Part shown: in pieces, positions 28,374 to 38,345 of the stretch
Layout of the letters: each line of letters begins with the position of its first letter
Numbering within the stretch: position 1 is the first letter of the stretch
Assembly (NCBI RefSeq): GCF_036489515.1
Contig: NZ_DASXFO010000067.1
Span: forward strand, 4,251-68,250
Length of the DNA stretch: 64,000 nt
Reading direction: 5' to 3'
Source: Acidocella sp.
GTDB lineage: Bacteria > Pseudomonadota > Alphaproteobacteria > Acetobacterales > Acetobacteraceae
Made by a program: the position numbers and the translations under genes
The notes under the pieces: model-generated
What the model was told of the DNA's origin: nothing
What the model saw: the letters and a program-made list of their open reading frames with translations, nothing else
Databases searched by the model: none

Positions 28374-29003
28374 CTAAATCCGCCCGAGCACCGCCAGCGT
28401 CGCGACGATGCCGACGCCGGCGCCGGCCACGAGCCAGGCGAAGCGATCGATCAGGGGGAAATATCCAGCGGCAGCCACCGGCAGGGCGGCAGCGGCCGGC
28501 ACGGCGGATGCCACATGCACGGCGGCCGGGGTCGGCGCTGCTTCCCCCACCGGCACGGCAACGTCGCCGGTGATCGCGCGGCCGAAATTCTCAAAGAATT
28601 CCCCGGCCAGCTTGTTGGCCACGCCGCCGATGAGACGGCTGCCGACGCTGGCAAGCTTGCCGCCGATGTCCACTTCGCAACGGTACCGCAGGATCGTGCC
28701 GTCGCCATCCGGCGTCAGCCGCACCTGCGCGCTGCCCTTGGCAAACCCAGCCGGGCCGCCCTGCCCGCGTCCGGACAAAGTGTAGCCGTGCGGCGGATCG
28801 AGGTCGGAGAGTTCCACCTTCCCCTTGAAGGTCGCCGAGACCGGGCCGATTTTCGCCGTCACCGTGGCGGTGAATTCGGCGTCGCCGGTCTGCTCCAAGG
28901 TTTTGCAACCGGGCAGGCTCACTTGCAGCACCGCCGGGTCGTTCAGAGCCTCCCACACGCGCTGCGGAGGCGCGGGGATGCGGTATTCGCCCTCGAGGTT
29001 CAT
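28374..29003 (-). CDS. CoxG-like SRPBCC-family protein with C-terminal membrane anchor
   Basis: The N-terminal pattern MNLEGEYRIPAPPQRVWEALNDP is typical of CoxG, and the tail is hydrophobic. ATGA overlap with the upstream gene. Confidence 0.75.
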   Translation of the reverse strand: MNLEGEYRIPAPPQRVWEALNDPAVLQVSLPGCKTLEQTGDAEFTATVTAKIGPVSATFKGKVELSDLDPPHGYTLSGRGQGGPAGFAKGSAQVRLTPDGDGTILRYRCEVDIGGKLASVGSRLIGGVANKLAGEFFENFGRAITGDVAVPVGEAAPTPAAVHVASAVPAAAALPVAAAGYFPLIDRFAWLVAGAGVGIVATLAVLGRI

Positions 29004-29887
29004 GCGCCGGCGTAGAGGCGGAACAGGGCCTGGGTGCCCTCATCGTCATGACCGGCGGCGGCCAGCCGGTCGTACAGCGCCTTGGCCTGGGTCAGGCCCG
29101 GCAAGGCCAGCCCCAGTGTCTCCGCCTCGGCGAGTGCGATGCCCATATCCTTGATGAAATGGCGCACATAGAAACCGGGGGCGAAATCGCCGTCGAGCAT
29201 GCGCGGGCCGAGATTGTTCAGCGCGAAGCTGGCCGCCGCCCCGGCGCCGATCGATTTCAGCACGACCTTCGGATCGAGCCCGGCCTTCTTGGCGTAAGCG
29301 AGGCTCTCGCACACCGCCATCATGTTCGAGGCGATGGTGATCTGGTTCGCCATCTTGGTGTGCTGCCCGGCCCCGGCCGCGCCCTGGCGCACCACGTTCT
29401 CGCCCATCAGCGCCAGCAGCTTGCGGACATGTTCGACCGCCGGTTCCGCGCCGCCGATCATGATCGAGAGCTTGGCATTGCGGGCGCCGACATCGCCGCC
29501 GGAAACCGGCGCGTCCAGCACCGCAACCCCCTTGGCCGCGCCTGCCGCGGCGATGCGCTGCGCCAGCGAGGGGCTGGAGGTGGTCATGTCGATCAGCACC
29601 GTGCCGGGCCGCGCCCGTGCTACCAGCCCATCCGGCGCCAGATAGATGTCTTCGACGTCCTGCGGGAAGCCGACCATGGTGATCACCACGTCGCACACCG
29701 CGGCGATCTCGCCGGGCTGGTCATGCCACGTAGCACCCCGGGCGATCAGCTGTTCGGCTTTCGCCCGGCTGCGGTTGTAGACATGCAACTGATAACCGCC
29801 GGCCAGAATATGCCCGGCCATGCTCTGGCCCATGATGCCGAGGCCGATGAACCCGACCGTCTTGATGTCCGAAAAATCCATGCTCAA
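29000..29887 (-). CDS. NAD(P)-dependent 3-hydroxyisobutyrate dehydrogenase-family oxidoreductase
   Basis: Rossmann motif GFIGLGIMG and beta-hydroxyacid dehydrogenase signature regions. Confidence 0.8.
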   Translation of the reverse strand: MSMDFSDIKTVGFIGLGIMGQSMAGHILAGGYQLHVYNRSRAKAEQLIARGATWHDQPGEIAAVCDVVITMVGFPQDVEDIYLAPDGLVARARPGTVLIDMTTSSPSLAQRIAAAGAAKGVAVLDAPVSGGDVGARNAKLSIMIGGAEPAVEHVRKLLALMGENVVRQGAAGAGQHTKMANQITIASNMMAVCESLAYAKKAGLDPKVVLKSIGAGAAASFALNNLGPRMLDGDFAPGFYVRHFIKDMGIALAEAETLGLALPGLTQAKALYDRLAAAGHDDEGTQALFRLYAGA

Positions 29888-29915
29888 AAATCCCTGTGCT
29901 TCAGGTCTGGGTGTG

Positions 29916-32270
29916 TCAGGTACGGCCGCGCAGCAGGCCGCGCAACGTGGGAGGGGTCAAAGGCTGATGCGTGGCGGTGACGCCGAACGGTGAGAGCGCA
30001 TCGTTGACGGCATTGGTCACGGCGCCGATCGCGCCCATCACCCCACCCTCGGCCATGCCCTTGATGCCGGCCGCGGTGCGCCGGTTCGGCGTGTGCATCG
30101 GCAGGATCTCGAAATTCGGCAACTCGCTGGCCGTGGCGACCAGATAATCGGCCAGCGTGCTGCTCAGGTTCTGACCCGAAGCGTCATAGACCACATGCTC
30201 GAACAGCGAGCCGCTCAGCCCCATGGCGATGGCGCCCTGCTGCTGGCCGCGCACCACCACCGGGTTCAGCACCATGCCGCAATCCTCGGCCACCACATAG
30301 CGCAAAATAGTGACGCGCCCGGTCGCCACGTCCAGTTCGACCTCGCAGGCATGGCTGCTGTTGGAATAGGTCATCGCCGGCGGGTCATAGGCGTGCGAGA
30401 CGTCGAGGCCGGGCTCCATGCCGGGCGGCAGCGCCAACGGGTCGAGATAGGCGACGCGGGCGATATCCGTCAGGCTGATGCCGGTGCCGGTCCAGTCGCC
30501 GCCGATCAGCCGCTCCACCCTACCCTCGCGCAGCCGCAGATCGCCGGCGCTGTTCAGCGTCAGCAGATGTGCCGCGATGTTAAGAACCTTCTCCTGGGCT
30601 TTGCGCGCGCAAAGATAGAGCGCCCCGCCGCCCGCCGTGGCGCCGCGCGCGCCGCGGCTGCCCATGCCGTAGGGCGCGACATCGGTATTGCCGAGCTCCA
30701 GCTGCACGTTGGCGGCGTCCACGCCCAGCCCTTCCGCGACCGCTGACGGCAACGAGCTTTCATAGCCCTGCCCGGTCGCCTGCAGCCCGACCGAGGCCCG
30801 CACCGTGCCGGTCGGCTCGATCCGCACCCAGGCGGACTCGTGCCCGGAACCGGCAATGCCGGCGGCCTTGTAGAAGCGCGAGCCGTAAGTGGTCGGCTCC
30901 ACCACAGTGCACAGACCCAGGCCGAGATAGCGCCCGGCTGCGCGTGCAGAAATCTGGCGATGACGGAAATCTTCATAGCCGATGGCGGCAACCACCGCTT
31001 CCAGCGTCTCGGACGGGGTGATGTCCTCCAGCAGCTCGCCGGTCGGCATTGTGTAAGGCAGCTCGGAGGCCTGCAGCATATTGACGCGGCGCACCTCCAG
31101 CGGGTCGAGGCCGAGCTGGCGCGCCACCGCGTCCAGCGTGCCGTCCATCACCCAGCTCGCCATCGCCATCGGCGCGCGCATCGGCCCGGCACCGCATTTA
31201 TTCGTCAGCGCGATCCGCACCTCATAGGCGTAATCGGCGATGCGGTACGGGCCGGTGAGGATCAGCGCGATCACCCGCGCGATGTAATTGCCGGGGAAGA
31301 AGCAGTAGGCGCCGAAATCCTCGGTGAGGGTGAGTTCGAGGCCGAGAATGCGGCCGTCGGCGGCCACGGCGGCACGGGTCTCGCAGCGCGCCTCGCGGGC
31401 ATGGCTGGCGCCTTGCAGATTCTCCAGCCGGTCCTCGCGCCAGCGCACCGGGCGGTTCAAGTGCCGGGCCAAAGCGGCGACCGTGAGTTCCTCGCGGTAC
31501 AGAGCGATCTTCTGGCCGAACCCGCCACCGACATCCGGGCAGATCACGGTGATCTGCGATTCCGCCAGGTTCAGGCGCCGTGCCAGCGACGTGCGCAACG
31601 GGTGCGGCACCTGGTTGCCGGTATGGAAGGTGAGATGCTGGCGGCCCTCGTCCCACACCACAGCACAGCCGCGGGTTTCCAGCGGCAATTGCGTCTGCCG
31701 GTGTTGCGAGAAGTGCGCGGTGACCACTTCATGCGCCGCCTTGAAACGCGCCGCCACGTCGCCGGCGGAAAAATGCTGTTCCGAGAGCTGGTTGCTGGCC
31801 AAGTCCTCGTCAACGCGCGGCGCACCGGGGCGAAGTGCGGTGTCCATATCCGCCACGGCGCCCAGGATATCGTATTCGACCTCGATCGCCTCGGCGGCGT
31901 CCTCGGCCAGATAGCGGTCGGTGGCGACAACGCAGGCGACCAGATCACCCTGGAACCGCACTTTCTCCACCGGGAAAGGCAGCATCGACGTCGGCTGCAA
32001 CCCCTCGATCGGTGGCGCCATCTGCTGCACGCTCGCCCATTGCGCGACGTCGCGTCCGGTGAAGATGCCGGCGATACCCGGCATGGCGGCGGCGGCTTCG
32101 GTATCGATCCGCACGATGCGCGCATGGGCATGCGGGGAACGGAGGAACGTCACGTGCAGCGCCTGCGGGATCACGATGTCGTCGACATAGCGGCCGGCGC
32201 CGGTCAGGAAGCGCCGATCCTCGCGGCGCGGCAGAGCCCGGCCGATCTGCGTGAAAGGCGCCTCCGTCAT
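29916..32270 (-). CDS. Xanthine dehydrogenase-family molybdopterin-binding large subunit (substrate unknown)
   Basis: GGGFGQK motif and an N-terminus [24 protein letters not shown] typical of the family. The ATG at 32270 overlaps the small-subunit stop (ATGA). Confidence 0.85.
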   Translation of the reverse strand: MTEAPFTQIGRALPRREDRRFLTGAGRYVDDIVIPQALHVTFLRSPHAHARIVRIDTEAAAAMPGIAGIFTGRDVAQWASVQQMAPPIEGLQPTSMLPFPVEKVRFQGDLVACVVATDRYLAEDAAEAIEVEYDILGAVADMDTALRPGAPRVDEDLASNQLSEQHFSAGDVAARFKAAHEVVTAHFSQHRQTQLPLETRGCAVVWDEGRQHLTFHTGNQVPHPLRTSLARRLNLAESQITVICPDVGGGFGQKIALYREELTVAALARHLNRPVRWREDRLENLQGASHAREARCETRAAVAADGRILGLELTLTEDFGAYCFFPGNYIARVIALILTGPYRIADYAYEVRIALTNKCGAGPMRAPMAMASWVMDGTLDAVARQLGLDPLEVRRVNMLQASELPYTMPTGELLEDITPSETLEAVVAAIGYEDFRHRQISARAAGRYLGLGLCTVVEPTTYGSRFYKAAGIAGSGHESAWVRIEPTGTVRASVGLQATGQGYESSLPSAVAEGLGVDAANVQLELGNTDVAPYGMGSRGARGATAGGGALYLCARKAQEKVLNIAAHLLTLNSAGDLRLREGRVERLIGGDWTGTGISLTDIARVAYLDPLALPPGMEPGLDVSHAYDPPAMTYSNSSHACEVELDVATGRVTILRYVVAEDCGMVLNPVVVRGQQQGAIAMGLSGSLFEHVVYDASGQNLSSTLADYLVATASELPNFEILPMHTPNRRTAAGIKGMAEGGVMGAIGAVTNAVNDALSPFGVTATHQPLTPPTLRGLLRGRT

Positions 32271-32752
32271 TTCCGCCCCGCGCGCATCACCGCCGCGGCC
32301 TTTTGCACCGCGGTGACGATGTTCTGGTAACCGGTGCAGCGGCAAATATTGCCGGAGAGCACGTCGCGGATTTCCGCCTCGCTCGGGTCCGGGTTGTCGC
32401 GCAGATAGGCTTCGAATGTCATCACGATGCCGGGCGTGCAAAAGCCGCATTGCAGCCCGTGCTCCTCGTGCATCGCCTGCTGCAACGGGCTGTACACGCC
32501 GCCCTGCGCGACCGCCTCGATGGTGGTGACCTCATGCCCCTCCATCTGCACCGCATAAGTCAGACAGGCACGGGCCGGCCGGTCGTCGATCAGCACGGTG
32601 CAGGCGCCGCACACCCCGTGCTCGCAGCCGACATGCGTGCCGGTGAGGTGCAATTTTTCGCGCAGCACATCGGAGAGCAGATATCGTGGCGATACGGCGA
32701 CCTCGTGCGTTTCACCGTTGACGGACAGAGAAATCAACATCTGCTCAGCCAT
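32267..32752 (-). CDS. (2Fe-2S)-binding small subunit of molybdenum hydroxylase
   Basis: Cys clusters [11 protein letters not shown] and CGFCTPG...CRCTGY. Confidence 0.9.
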   Translation of the reverse strand: MAEQMLISLSVNGETHEVAVSPRYLLSDVLREKLHLTGTHVGCEHGVCGACTVLIDDRPARACLTYAVQMEGHEVTTIEAVAQGGVYSPLQQAMHEEHGLQCGFCTPGIVMTFEAYLRDNPDPSEAEIRDVLSGNICRCTGYQNIVTAVQKAAAVMRAGRK

Positions 32753-33614
32753 TCTTCTGCGCCGCCTCCCGCGCCAGGGCCGCAGCGACGGCGCGCCCGA
32801 CCAGGGTCATCGTCAAGTCGCGGCGATACGCGGCCGGGATGCGCGCATCATCCTCCGGCGCGATGGAAGCCGCCACGGCTTCGGCCAGTTCGGCGGCCCA
32901 CGCCTCATCCGGCGCTCGGCCGAGGAAGGGGACCAGAAAATCGGTCCAGGATACCGGCGCGATGCCGACACCGCCCAGCGCCAGCGCCATATGCGCGACC
33001 TCCCCGGACGGGGTACGCCGGACCGTCGTCGCAACCGAAACGATAGCGAAATCGCCATGGCGCTGGGTGAAAATTTCCAGCCCCCACCCCGCTTGCGCCA
33101 CCGGAAAGCGCACGGAGACGATCATCTCGTCCGGCTGCACCGAAGTGACCAGGCTGGAGACGAAAAAATCTTGCGCCCGCACCATGCGCGTGCCGGTGCG
33201 GCCAGCGATGCTGATTTCCGCGTCGAGCAGCGTGGCGATCAGAGGCAGCTGCGCGGCCGGGTCGGCATGCGCCAGGCTGCCGCCCAGCGTGCCGCGCTGG
33301 CGAATCGCGTAATGGCCGATGCTGGCGGCGGCGGCGGCGAGAATGGGACAGGCGGCGGCCACCTGGCCGTCGGTCGCCACGCGATGATGCCGCGTCAGGC
33401 TGCCGATCTCCAGCGCGCCCGGCGCCGTCCGCACAAAGTCCAGCTCCAGCAGATCGTTGAGGTCGATGAGGTGCGCCGGCCGCGCCAGACGCAGATTGAG
33501 CATGGGCCCCAGACTTTGCCCGCCCGCGAGCAATTTTGCATCGGAGCTGGCCAGCAGATCGAGCGCGTCGGCGACTGTCTGCGGCCGGTGATAGGCGAAG
33601 GGGGCAGGCTTCAC
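32745..33614 (-). CDS. FAD-binding medium subunit (CoxM-like) of molybdenum hydroxylase
   Basis: LLAGGQSLGPML FAD-binding motif. GTG start. Confidence 0.8.
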   Translation of the reverse strand: MKPAPFAYHRPQTVADALDLLASSDAKLLAGGQSLGPMLNLRLARPAHLIDLNDLLELDFVRTAPGALEIGSLTRHHRVATDGQVAAACPILAAAAASIGHYAIRQRGTLGGSLAHADPAAQLPLIATLLDAEISIAGRTGTRMVRAQDFFVSSLVTSVQPDEMIVSVRFPVAQAGWGLEIFTQRHGDFAIVSVATTVRRTPSGEVAHMALALGGVGIAPVSWTDFLVPFLGRAPDEAWAAELAEAVAASIAPEDDARIPAAYRRDLTMTLVGRAVAAALAREAAQKNG

Positions 33615-33691
33615 GGCGTAATTTTGGCTCTCATCAAGGTCGGGCCCTTAATCGCCTGTCAGCCGGCCCGCTGCAACCCCCGGCCGCGGGC

Positions 33692-33840
33692 GGAAGAAAG
33701 CGGCCGCTTTTTAAAAAAAGCGCCGCAAAAATTTTTGTTATGCTGGGCCATGGGCTGTGTCGGCGACAACGCCCATGGCCCAGCACAATAAAGTTTTTTT
33801 GCTACTTTTTGTTCACAAAAAGTAGCCTTCCCTTGCTCTA
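33692..33840 (+). repeat. Mosaic repeat, copy 12 (full length)
   Basis: A-B-C architecture. It lies upstream of the coxM-like gene and abuts the SDR remnant. Confidence 0.9.
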
Positions 33841-33960
33841 AACCAGCACGCCACCGCCATCGACGGTGACGACCTAGCCGGTGCTGAAAGTCTGGCGCAT
33901 CAGGTACAGATAGGTTTCCGCCACCTCGTCGGCCTCGCCGACCCGCTTATCCTTGTAACT
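33838..33960 (-). pseudogene. Remnant of an SDR-family gene 3' end with an in-frame stop
   Basis: The minus strand reads ...SYKDKRVGEADEVAETYLYLMRQTFSTG-TAG-VVTVDGGGVLV-TAG, a typical SDR C-terminus. The internal TAG is at 33874-33876, and no intact upstream body is present. Confidence 0.65.
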
Positions 33961-34068
33961 AATATGCCACCCCGAGGCTATTGATCGCCGCCTTGTATCG
34001 GCCCCCGGAGAACGGACAAGACCCACGTAACGCGCCGCCGCGATGGGCAACGCCGGAACAAGGCTTGG

Positions 34069-34157
34069 GTAAGCAAAAATAAAGGAAGGCTAGTTTTTGT
34101 GAACAAAAATTAGCAAAAAACTTCGCCAATCTGGGTCGGAAGCGTGGTCGCCGACAA
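34069..34157 (-). repeat. Mosaic repeat, copy 13 (truncated, inverted: right terminus + degenerate C + half of B)
   Basis: GTAAGCAAAAATAAAGGAAGGCTAGTTTTTGTGAACAAAAATTAGCAAAAAAC...CTGGGTCGGAAGCGTGGTCGCCGAC. Confidence 0.65.
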
Positions 34158-34348
34158 AAAACCCCGGCAATGCCGGGCGTTTCAGCGGCAAGCCAAAAAA
34201 ATATGCAATAAATGCAAGCCGCTATGTGCTCTACGCCAAATGCATTTCGCGCATACCCCAGAAAAATTCACAAGTTTTTCAACCAGAAGCTGCTGACTCC
34301 CCGGCTTCGGGTGGTGACGAACGCGCCTCGGTGCATTAGGAATGGTTA

Positions 34349-34834
34349 ATGACCATGCCTAACTTCGTGAAAACCCCGTCGCTGCGGGGCCCCAGGAGTT
34401 TTCCCTGGCTTATCGCCTTGGCGCTGTCCGCCGGGTTGTCCGGCTGCGCCTCGCTGAGCCGGTACGAACAATCTCTCGTCCCTCCCCGTCCGGACACTGC
34501 GCCACCTCCCGCTCCCGCGGTGCTGCGCGAAGCGGAAGCTCGCGGGTATGAGGAAGGCCTGGAAGCGGGCAAGCGCATCCAGGCCCGCCACGATCAATCT
34601 CTCGCGCAGGCGACGCAGACCAAGGCTCCCACCGTGGCCCCGGTGGTTGCACCGGAACCCGTCGCGAAAACACAGTGCGCAGCGGCGACCCAGAAACCCG
34701 ACGACCCGCCCCCGCCGGCGGTGAAGCCCACCCCAGCTGCGGCAAACGCCACCGCCATGCGGACGAACAACCCCGACGCGTTCGCCCCCAGCGGCCCGGC
34801 GCGGCCACTCGGCGCCTCGCCGGATCCGTTTTAA
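34349..34834 (+). CDS. Pro/Ala-rich lipoprotein, function unknown
   Basis: Signal peptide with lipobox LSGC. Low-complexity proline-rich C-terminal half. Confidence 0.55.
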   Translation: MTMPNFVKTPSLRGPRSFPWLIALALSAGLSGCASLSRYEQSLVPPRPDTAPPPAPAVLREAEARGYEEGLEAGKRIQARHDQSLAQATQTKAPTVAPVVAPEPVAKTQCAAATQKPDDPPPPAVKPTPAAANATAMRTNNPDAFAPSGPARPLGASPDPF

Positions 34835-34842
34835 GCCGACGT

Positions 34843-34976
34843 CTCGGAGAGAAGTAAGCAGCCGCTTACTTCTGCTATGCTGGGCCATGGGCGTTGTCAT
34901 CGACAGCGCCCATGGCCCAGATTAATAAAGTTTTTTTGCTACTTTTTGTTCCCAAAAAGTAGCCTCCCTTCCTTTG
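34843..34976 (+). repeat. Mosaic repeat, copy 14 (module A replaced by a short palindrome GAAGTAAGC-AGCC-GCTTACTTC; B and C intact)
   Basis: The left terminus CTCGGAGAGA matches copy 1. The C loop is TTCC instead of TTCA. Confidence 0.85.
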
Positions 34977-35083
34977 ACAAACCCGACCCGCGCATCAGTC
35001 CATTGTTTTTGCGCGGCATCTCTGCCAAGCCAGAACGCGCTAAACAGGTCCACCTCTCTGCCATTTTTATAGCCCTGGCGCCC

Positions 35084-37105
35084 ATGCCGAAATTAGATGA
35101 AGTCTCGTTCGCGCTAAAAACGTTCCTCGGGGCGATGATGGCTTTGTACCTGGCCTTCTGGTTGGGGCTCGACAATCCGTATTGGGCGATGGCGACCGCC
35201 TATATCGTCGCCAATCCCCTCACCGGGCCGATGCGCTCGAAGGCGCTCTACCGTTTCATCGGCACGTTCACCGGCGGCACCGCCGCGGTGGCGCTGGTGC
35301 CGAACCTGGCCAATGCGCCGCTGCTGCTCAGCCTCGCTTTGTCCCTCTGGGTCGGGCTCTGCCTGTATCTCTCACTGCTCGACCGTACCCCGCGCGCGTA
35401 CATGTTCATGCTGGCCGGCTACACCGCGGGCATCATCGGCTTTCCCAGCGTCGATGCGCCGCAGCTGATCTTCCAGACCGCGCTCACCCGGGTGGAGGAG
35501 ATTACGCTCGGCATCGTCTGCACCACCGCGGTCGGCACCGTGGTGTTCCCGCGCGCCATCGGCCCGGTGCTGGCGCGGCGCATCGCCGCCTGGGTGAAAC
35601 CAGCGATCGACTGGGCGACCGCCGCCCTGGCCGGGCGCGAGGATGAAGCCGATATCGGCGCGGCGCGGCGGCAGCTGGCGGTCGAGGCCACCGACGTGGC
35701 GATGATGACGACGCAACTCGCCTACGACACCTCGCATCTGCAAAGCGCGGTGCGCTACATCGTGCATCTGCGCATTTATGTGCTGAGCATGATGCCGGTG
35801 CTGAGCTCCATCAACGACCGCGTCGCCGAATTGCGGCGGCTGGACGGCATCACCCCGGCGCTGCAGCAGGTGCTGGATGCGGTGCGCGACTGGATCCAGC
35901 TCGGCGGGCCGGAAAGCAGCGCCGGCCTGAACATGCAGATCCACGCGCTGGAGCACGACGGTTTGTCCTGGAGCGGGCTGCTGCGCGCCAGCCTCGCGCG
36001 GCGGCTCGAGGAGCTGGTGACCCTGATGCATCACGCGCGCGCCATCCGCCGGCACATCGTCGACGGCGACCCGGCCCCCGACGGGCTGTTGCTGCGCGCG
36101 GAATACCTCGCCAATGCCTCGCTCCTGCGCGATCACGGCATGTCCCTGCTCTCCGCCATCGCCGCCATCGTCGCCACCCTGCTCACCTGCGTTTTCTGGA
36201 TCGAATCCTCCTGGCCCGCCGGCGGCACGGCGGCGGTGATGGTCGCCATCGCCTGCTCGTTTTTCGCCGGACTGGACGATCCGGCCCCGGCCATCGCCCG
36301 CATGCTGCGCGACGTGCTGGTGGTCAGCGTCTTCGACGGCCTGTATCTTTTTGTCGTCCTGCCACGGGTGGAAACCTTCGCCGCTCTGGGCCTGGTGCTG
36401 CTACCAGCCGCTTTGGTGGTCGGCGTGCTGATGTCCCGCCCGGCGACGTTCATGACCGGCATGGTCATAGGCGCGTTCGGGCCCACCATCCTGGCGCTGA
36501 ACAACGGCTATAACAGTAATTTCGGCGCTTACGCGAATGCCATCCTAGCAACGATCGGCGGCATGGCGGTGGCGCTGGTGGCGACCAGGCTGATCCGCTC
36601 GGTCGGTGCAGAATGGAGTGCCAAGCGCCTGATGCGCGCGGCCTGGCGCGACATCGCCACCGTGGCGCAAACCAAGGGCGCCGCCGATCGCGCCGCGCTG
36701 ACCGGGGTGATGGTGCAGCGCTTGGGGCAGATGATGCCGCGCCTGGCCGCCGTCTCCGCGGGGGCCGATGAGGCGGCGGTGGCCTTGCTGCGCGACCTGC
36801 GGGTCGGGCTCAACCTGATCGGCCTGCAGGATCTGTTCGATACGCTCCCACCGGCGGCGCGAGAGCGCACCGGCGAGGCGCTGTCCAGCATCGCCGCCTT
36901 CTATGCGAAGAATCCGCGCCAGGCGCCGCCGGAAGCGACGCTGGCGGCGATCGACGCGGCGATACGCAGTCTCACTGGCGACGCCGTCCGCTACGGCGAG
37001 GCCCTGATGCTGCTCTCTGGTTTGCGCAGCGTGCTGTTCACCGGTGCGCCGCCCCCGCCGGTCGAGAGCTGGTATGCCGCCCCCGGCGCGAGGGCCGTCG
37101 CATGA
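35084..37105 (+). CDS. FUSC/AaeB-family aromatic-acid efflux membrane protein
   Basis: About 670 aa with two polytopic hydrophobic halves separated by a cytoplasmic region. The N-terminus is MPKLDEVSFALKTFLGAMMALYLAFWL. I excluded the upstream in-repeat start. Confidence 0.75.
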   Translation: MPKLDEVSFALKTFLGAMMALYLAFWLGLDNPYWAMATAYIVANPLTGPMRSKALYRFIGTFTGGTAAVALVPNLANAPLLLSLALSLWVGLCLYLSLLDRTPRAYMFMLAGYTAGIIGFPSVDAPQLIFQTALTRVEEITLGIVCTTAVGTVVFPRAIGPVLARRIAAWVKPAIDWATAALAGREDEADIGAARRQLAVEATDVAMMTTQLAYDTSHLQSAVRYIVHLRIYVLSMMPVLSSINDRVAELRRLDGITPALQQVLDAVRDWIQLGGPESSAGLNMQIHALEHDGLSWSGLLRASLARRLEELVTLMHHARAIRRHIVDGDPAPDGLLLRAEYLANASLLRDHGMSLLSAIAAIVATLLTCVFWIESSWPAGGTAAVMVAIACSFFAGLDDPAPAIARMLRDVLVVSVFDGLYLFVVLPRVETFAALGLVLLPAALVVGVLMSRPATFMTGMVIGAFGPTILALNNGYNSNFGAYANAILATIGGMAVALVATRLIRSVGAEWSAKRLMRAAWRDIATVAQTKGAADRAALTGVMVQRLGQMMPRLAAVSAGADEAAVALLRDLRVGLNLIGLQDLFDTLPPAARERTGEALSSIAAFYAKNPRQAPPEATLAAIDAAIRSLTGDAVRYGEALMLLSGLRSVLFTGAPPPPVESWYAAPGARAVA

Positions 37106-37308
37106 TCGGCGAAATCGACCTGTTCGGCGTGTTCTTGCCGCCGCTGCTGGTGTGGCTGGGCCTCGGCCTGCTGCTTTCCGCCGCCATGCGCTGGAGCCTC
37201 TCCCGGATCGGGCTGTACCGCTATGTCTGGCACCGGCCGCTCTTCGACCTCGCCCTCCTCGTCATCCTGACCGGCGCGGTCAGTTATGCCGCCCAGCGTC
37301 TCTTCTGA
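37102..37308 (+). CDS. DUF1656/AaeX-like small membrane protein
   Basis: 68 aa with two TM segments. ATGA overlap with the FUSC gene. Confidence 0.65.
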   Translation: MIGEIDLFGVFLPPLLVWLGLGLLLSAAMRWSLSRIGLYRYVWHRPLFDLALLVILTGAVSYAAQRLF

Positions 37309-37320
37309 AAACGGGATTCC

Positions 37321-38193
37321 ATGAAAGCCGCATCGCTGATCCTCCGCCTTCTGGTCACCATCCTGATCGTCGCCGTCGCCGCAATCGTCGCCTGGCAGCT
37401 CTGGATCTATTACATGGAGGATCCCTGGACCCGCGACGGCGCGGTGCGCGCCGACACGGTGCAGCTGGCGCCCGACGTGTCGGGTCCGGTGACGCAGGTG
37501 TTCGTCCATGACAACGAAATGGTGAAGGACGGCGAACCGCTCTTCCAGATCGACCCGACGCGTTTCGTGCTGGCGATCGCCCAAGCCCAGGCCGAGACCG
37601 CCCGCGCCAAGGCGGCGATGCAGGATGCAGAGCGCACCGCGAACCGTTATACCAGCATCGCCAACAACGCCGTGTCCAGCGAGTCCCGCGACAACACCAT
37701 CAGCGCCGCGCAGCAAGCCACGGCGGCATACGCTCTGGCACAGGCCAACCTGGCGCTGGCCAAGTACAATCTGCAGCGCGCCACCGTGCGCGCCACGGTG
37801 AACGGGACCATCACCAACTTCTCGATGCGGCCCGGCGATTTCGTGACCGCCGGCAGCCCGGTTCTGGCGCTGGTCGATGCCGATTCGCTCTATGTCGACG
37901 GCTATTTCGAGGAAACCAAACTGCGGCAGATCCAGATCGGCGATACCGCGCAAATCACGCTGATGGATGGCAGCCCGGCGATCATCGGCCATGTGCAGGG
38001 GTTTGCCGCCGGCGTTACCGACAGCCAGCGAACCGCGAGCCCGACCTTGCTCGCGGATGTGAACCCCACCTTCACCTGGGTGCGCCTGGCGCAGCGCGTG
38101 CCGGTGCGCATCGTCCTCGACCACGTCCCCGCCGGCACCAAACTGATCGCCGGCATGACCTGCACCGTCGTCATCGGCCCGGTCCGGGGCTAG
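37321..38193 (+). CDS. HlyD/AaeA-family efflux periplasmic adaptor
   Basis: N-terminal TM segment, coiled-coil region and a beta-barrel pattern (...GYFEETKLRQIQIGD...). Confidence 0.8.
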   Translation: MKAASLILRLLVTILIVAVAAIVAWQLWIYYMEDPWTRDGAVRADTVQLAPDVSGPVTQVFVHDNEMVKDGEPLFQIDPTRFVLAIAQAQAETARAKAAMQDAERTANRYTSIANNAVSSESRDNTISAAQQATAAYALAQANLALAKYNLQRATVRATVNGTITNFSMRPGDFVTAGSPVLALVDADSLYVDGYFEETKLRQIQIGDTAQITLMDGSPAIIGHVQGFAAGVTDSQRTASPTLLADVNPTFTWVRLAQRVPVRIVLDHVPAGTKLIAGMTCTVVIGPVRG

Positions 38194-38345
38194 GGAAAAG
38201 GAAGGCTACTTTTTGTGAACAAAAAGTAGCAAAAAAAACTTTGTTAATTTGGGTCATGGGCTTTGGCGCTGACAACGCCCATGGCCCAGCATAACAAAAA
38301 TTTTTGCGCCGCTTTTTTTAAAAAGCGGCTGCTTCCTTCTCTTCA
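38192..38345 (-). repeat. Mosaic repeat, copy 15 (full length, inverted)
   Basis: C-B-A order on the plus strand. It contains the last 9 codons and the stop of the flavoprotein gene. Confidence 0.9.

Noticed and set aside
29916-32450. The 844-aa version of the Mo-hydroxylase large subunit, and its identity as aerobic CO dehydrogenase CoxL.
   Set aside because: The first 60 codons overlap the small-subunit gene in another frame, and the ATG at 32270 gives the canonical N-terminus. Neither the AYxCSFR nor the AYRGAGR CODH signature is present.
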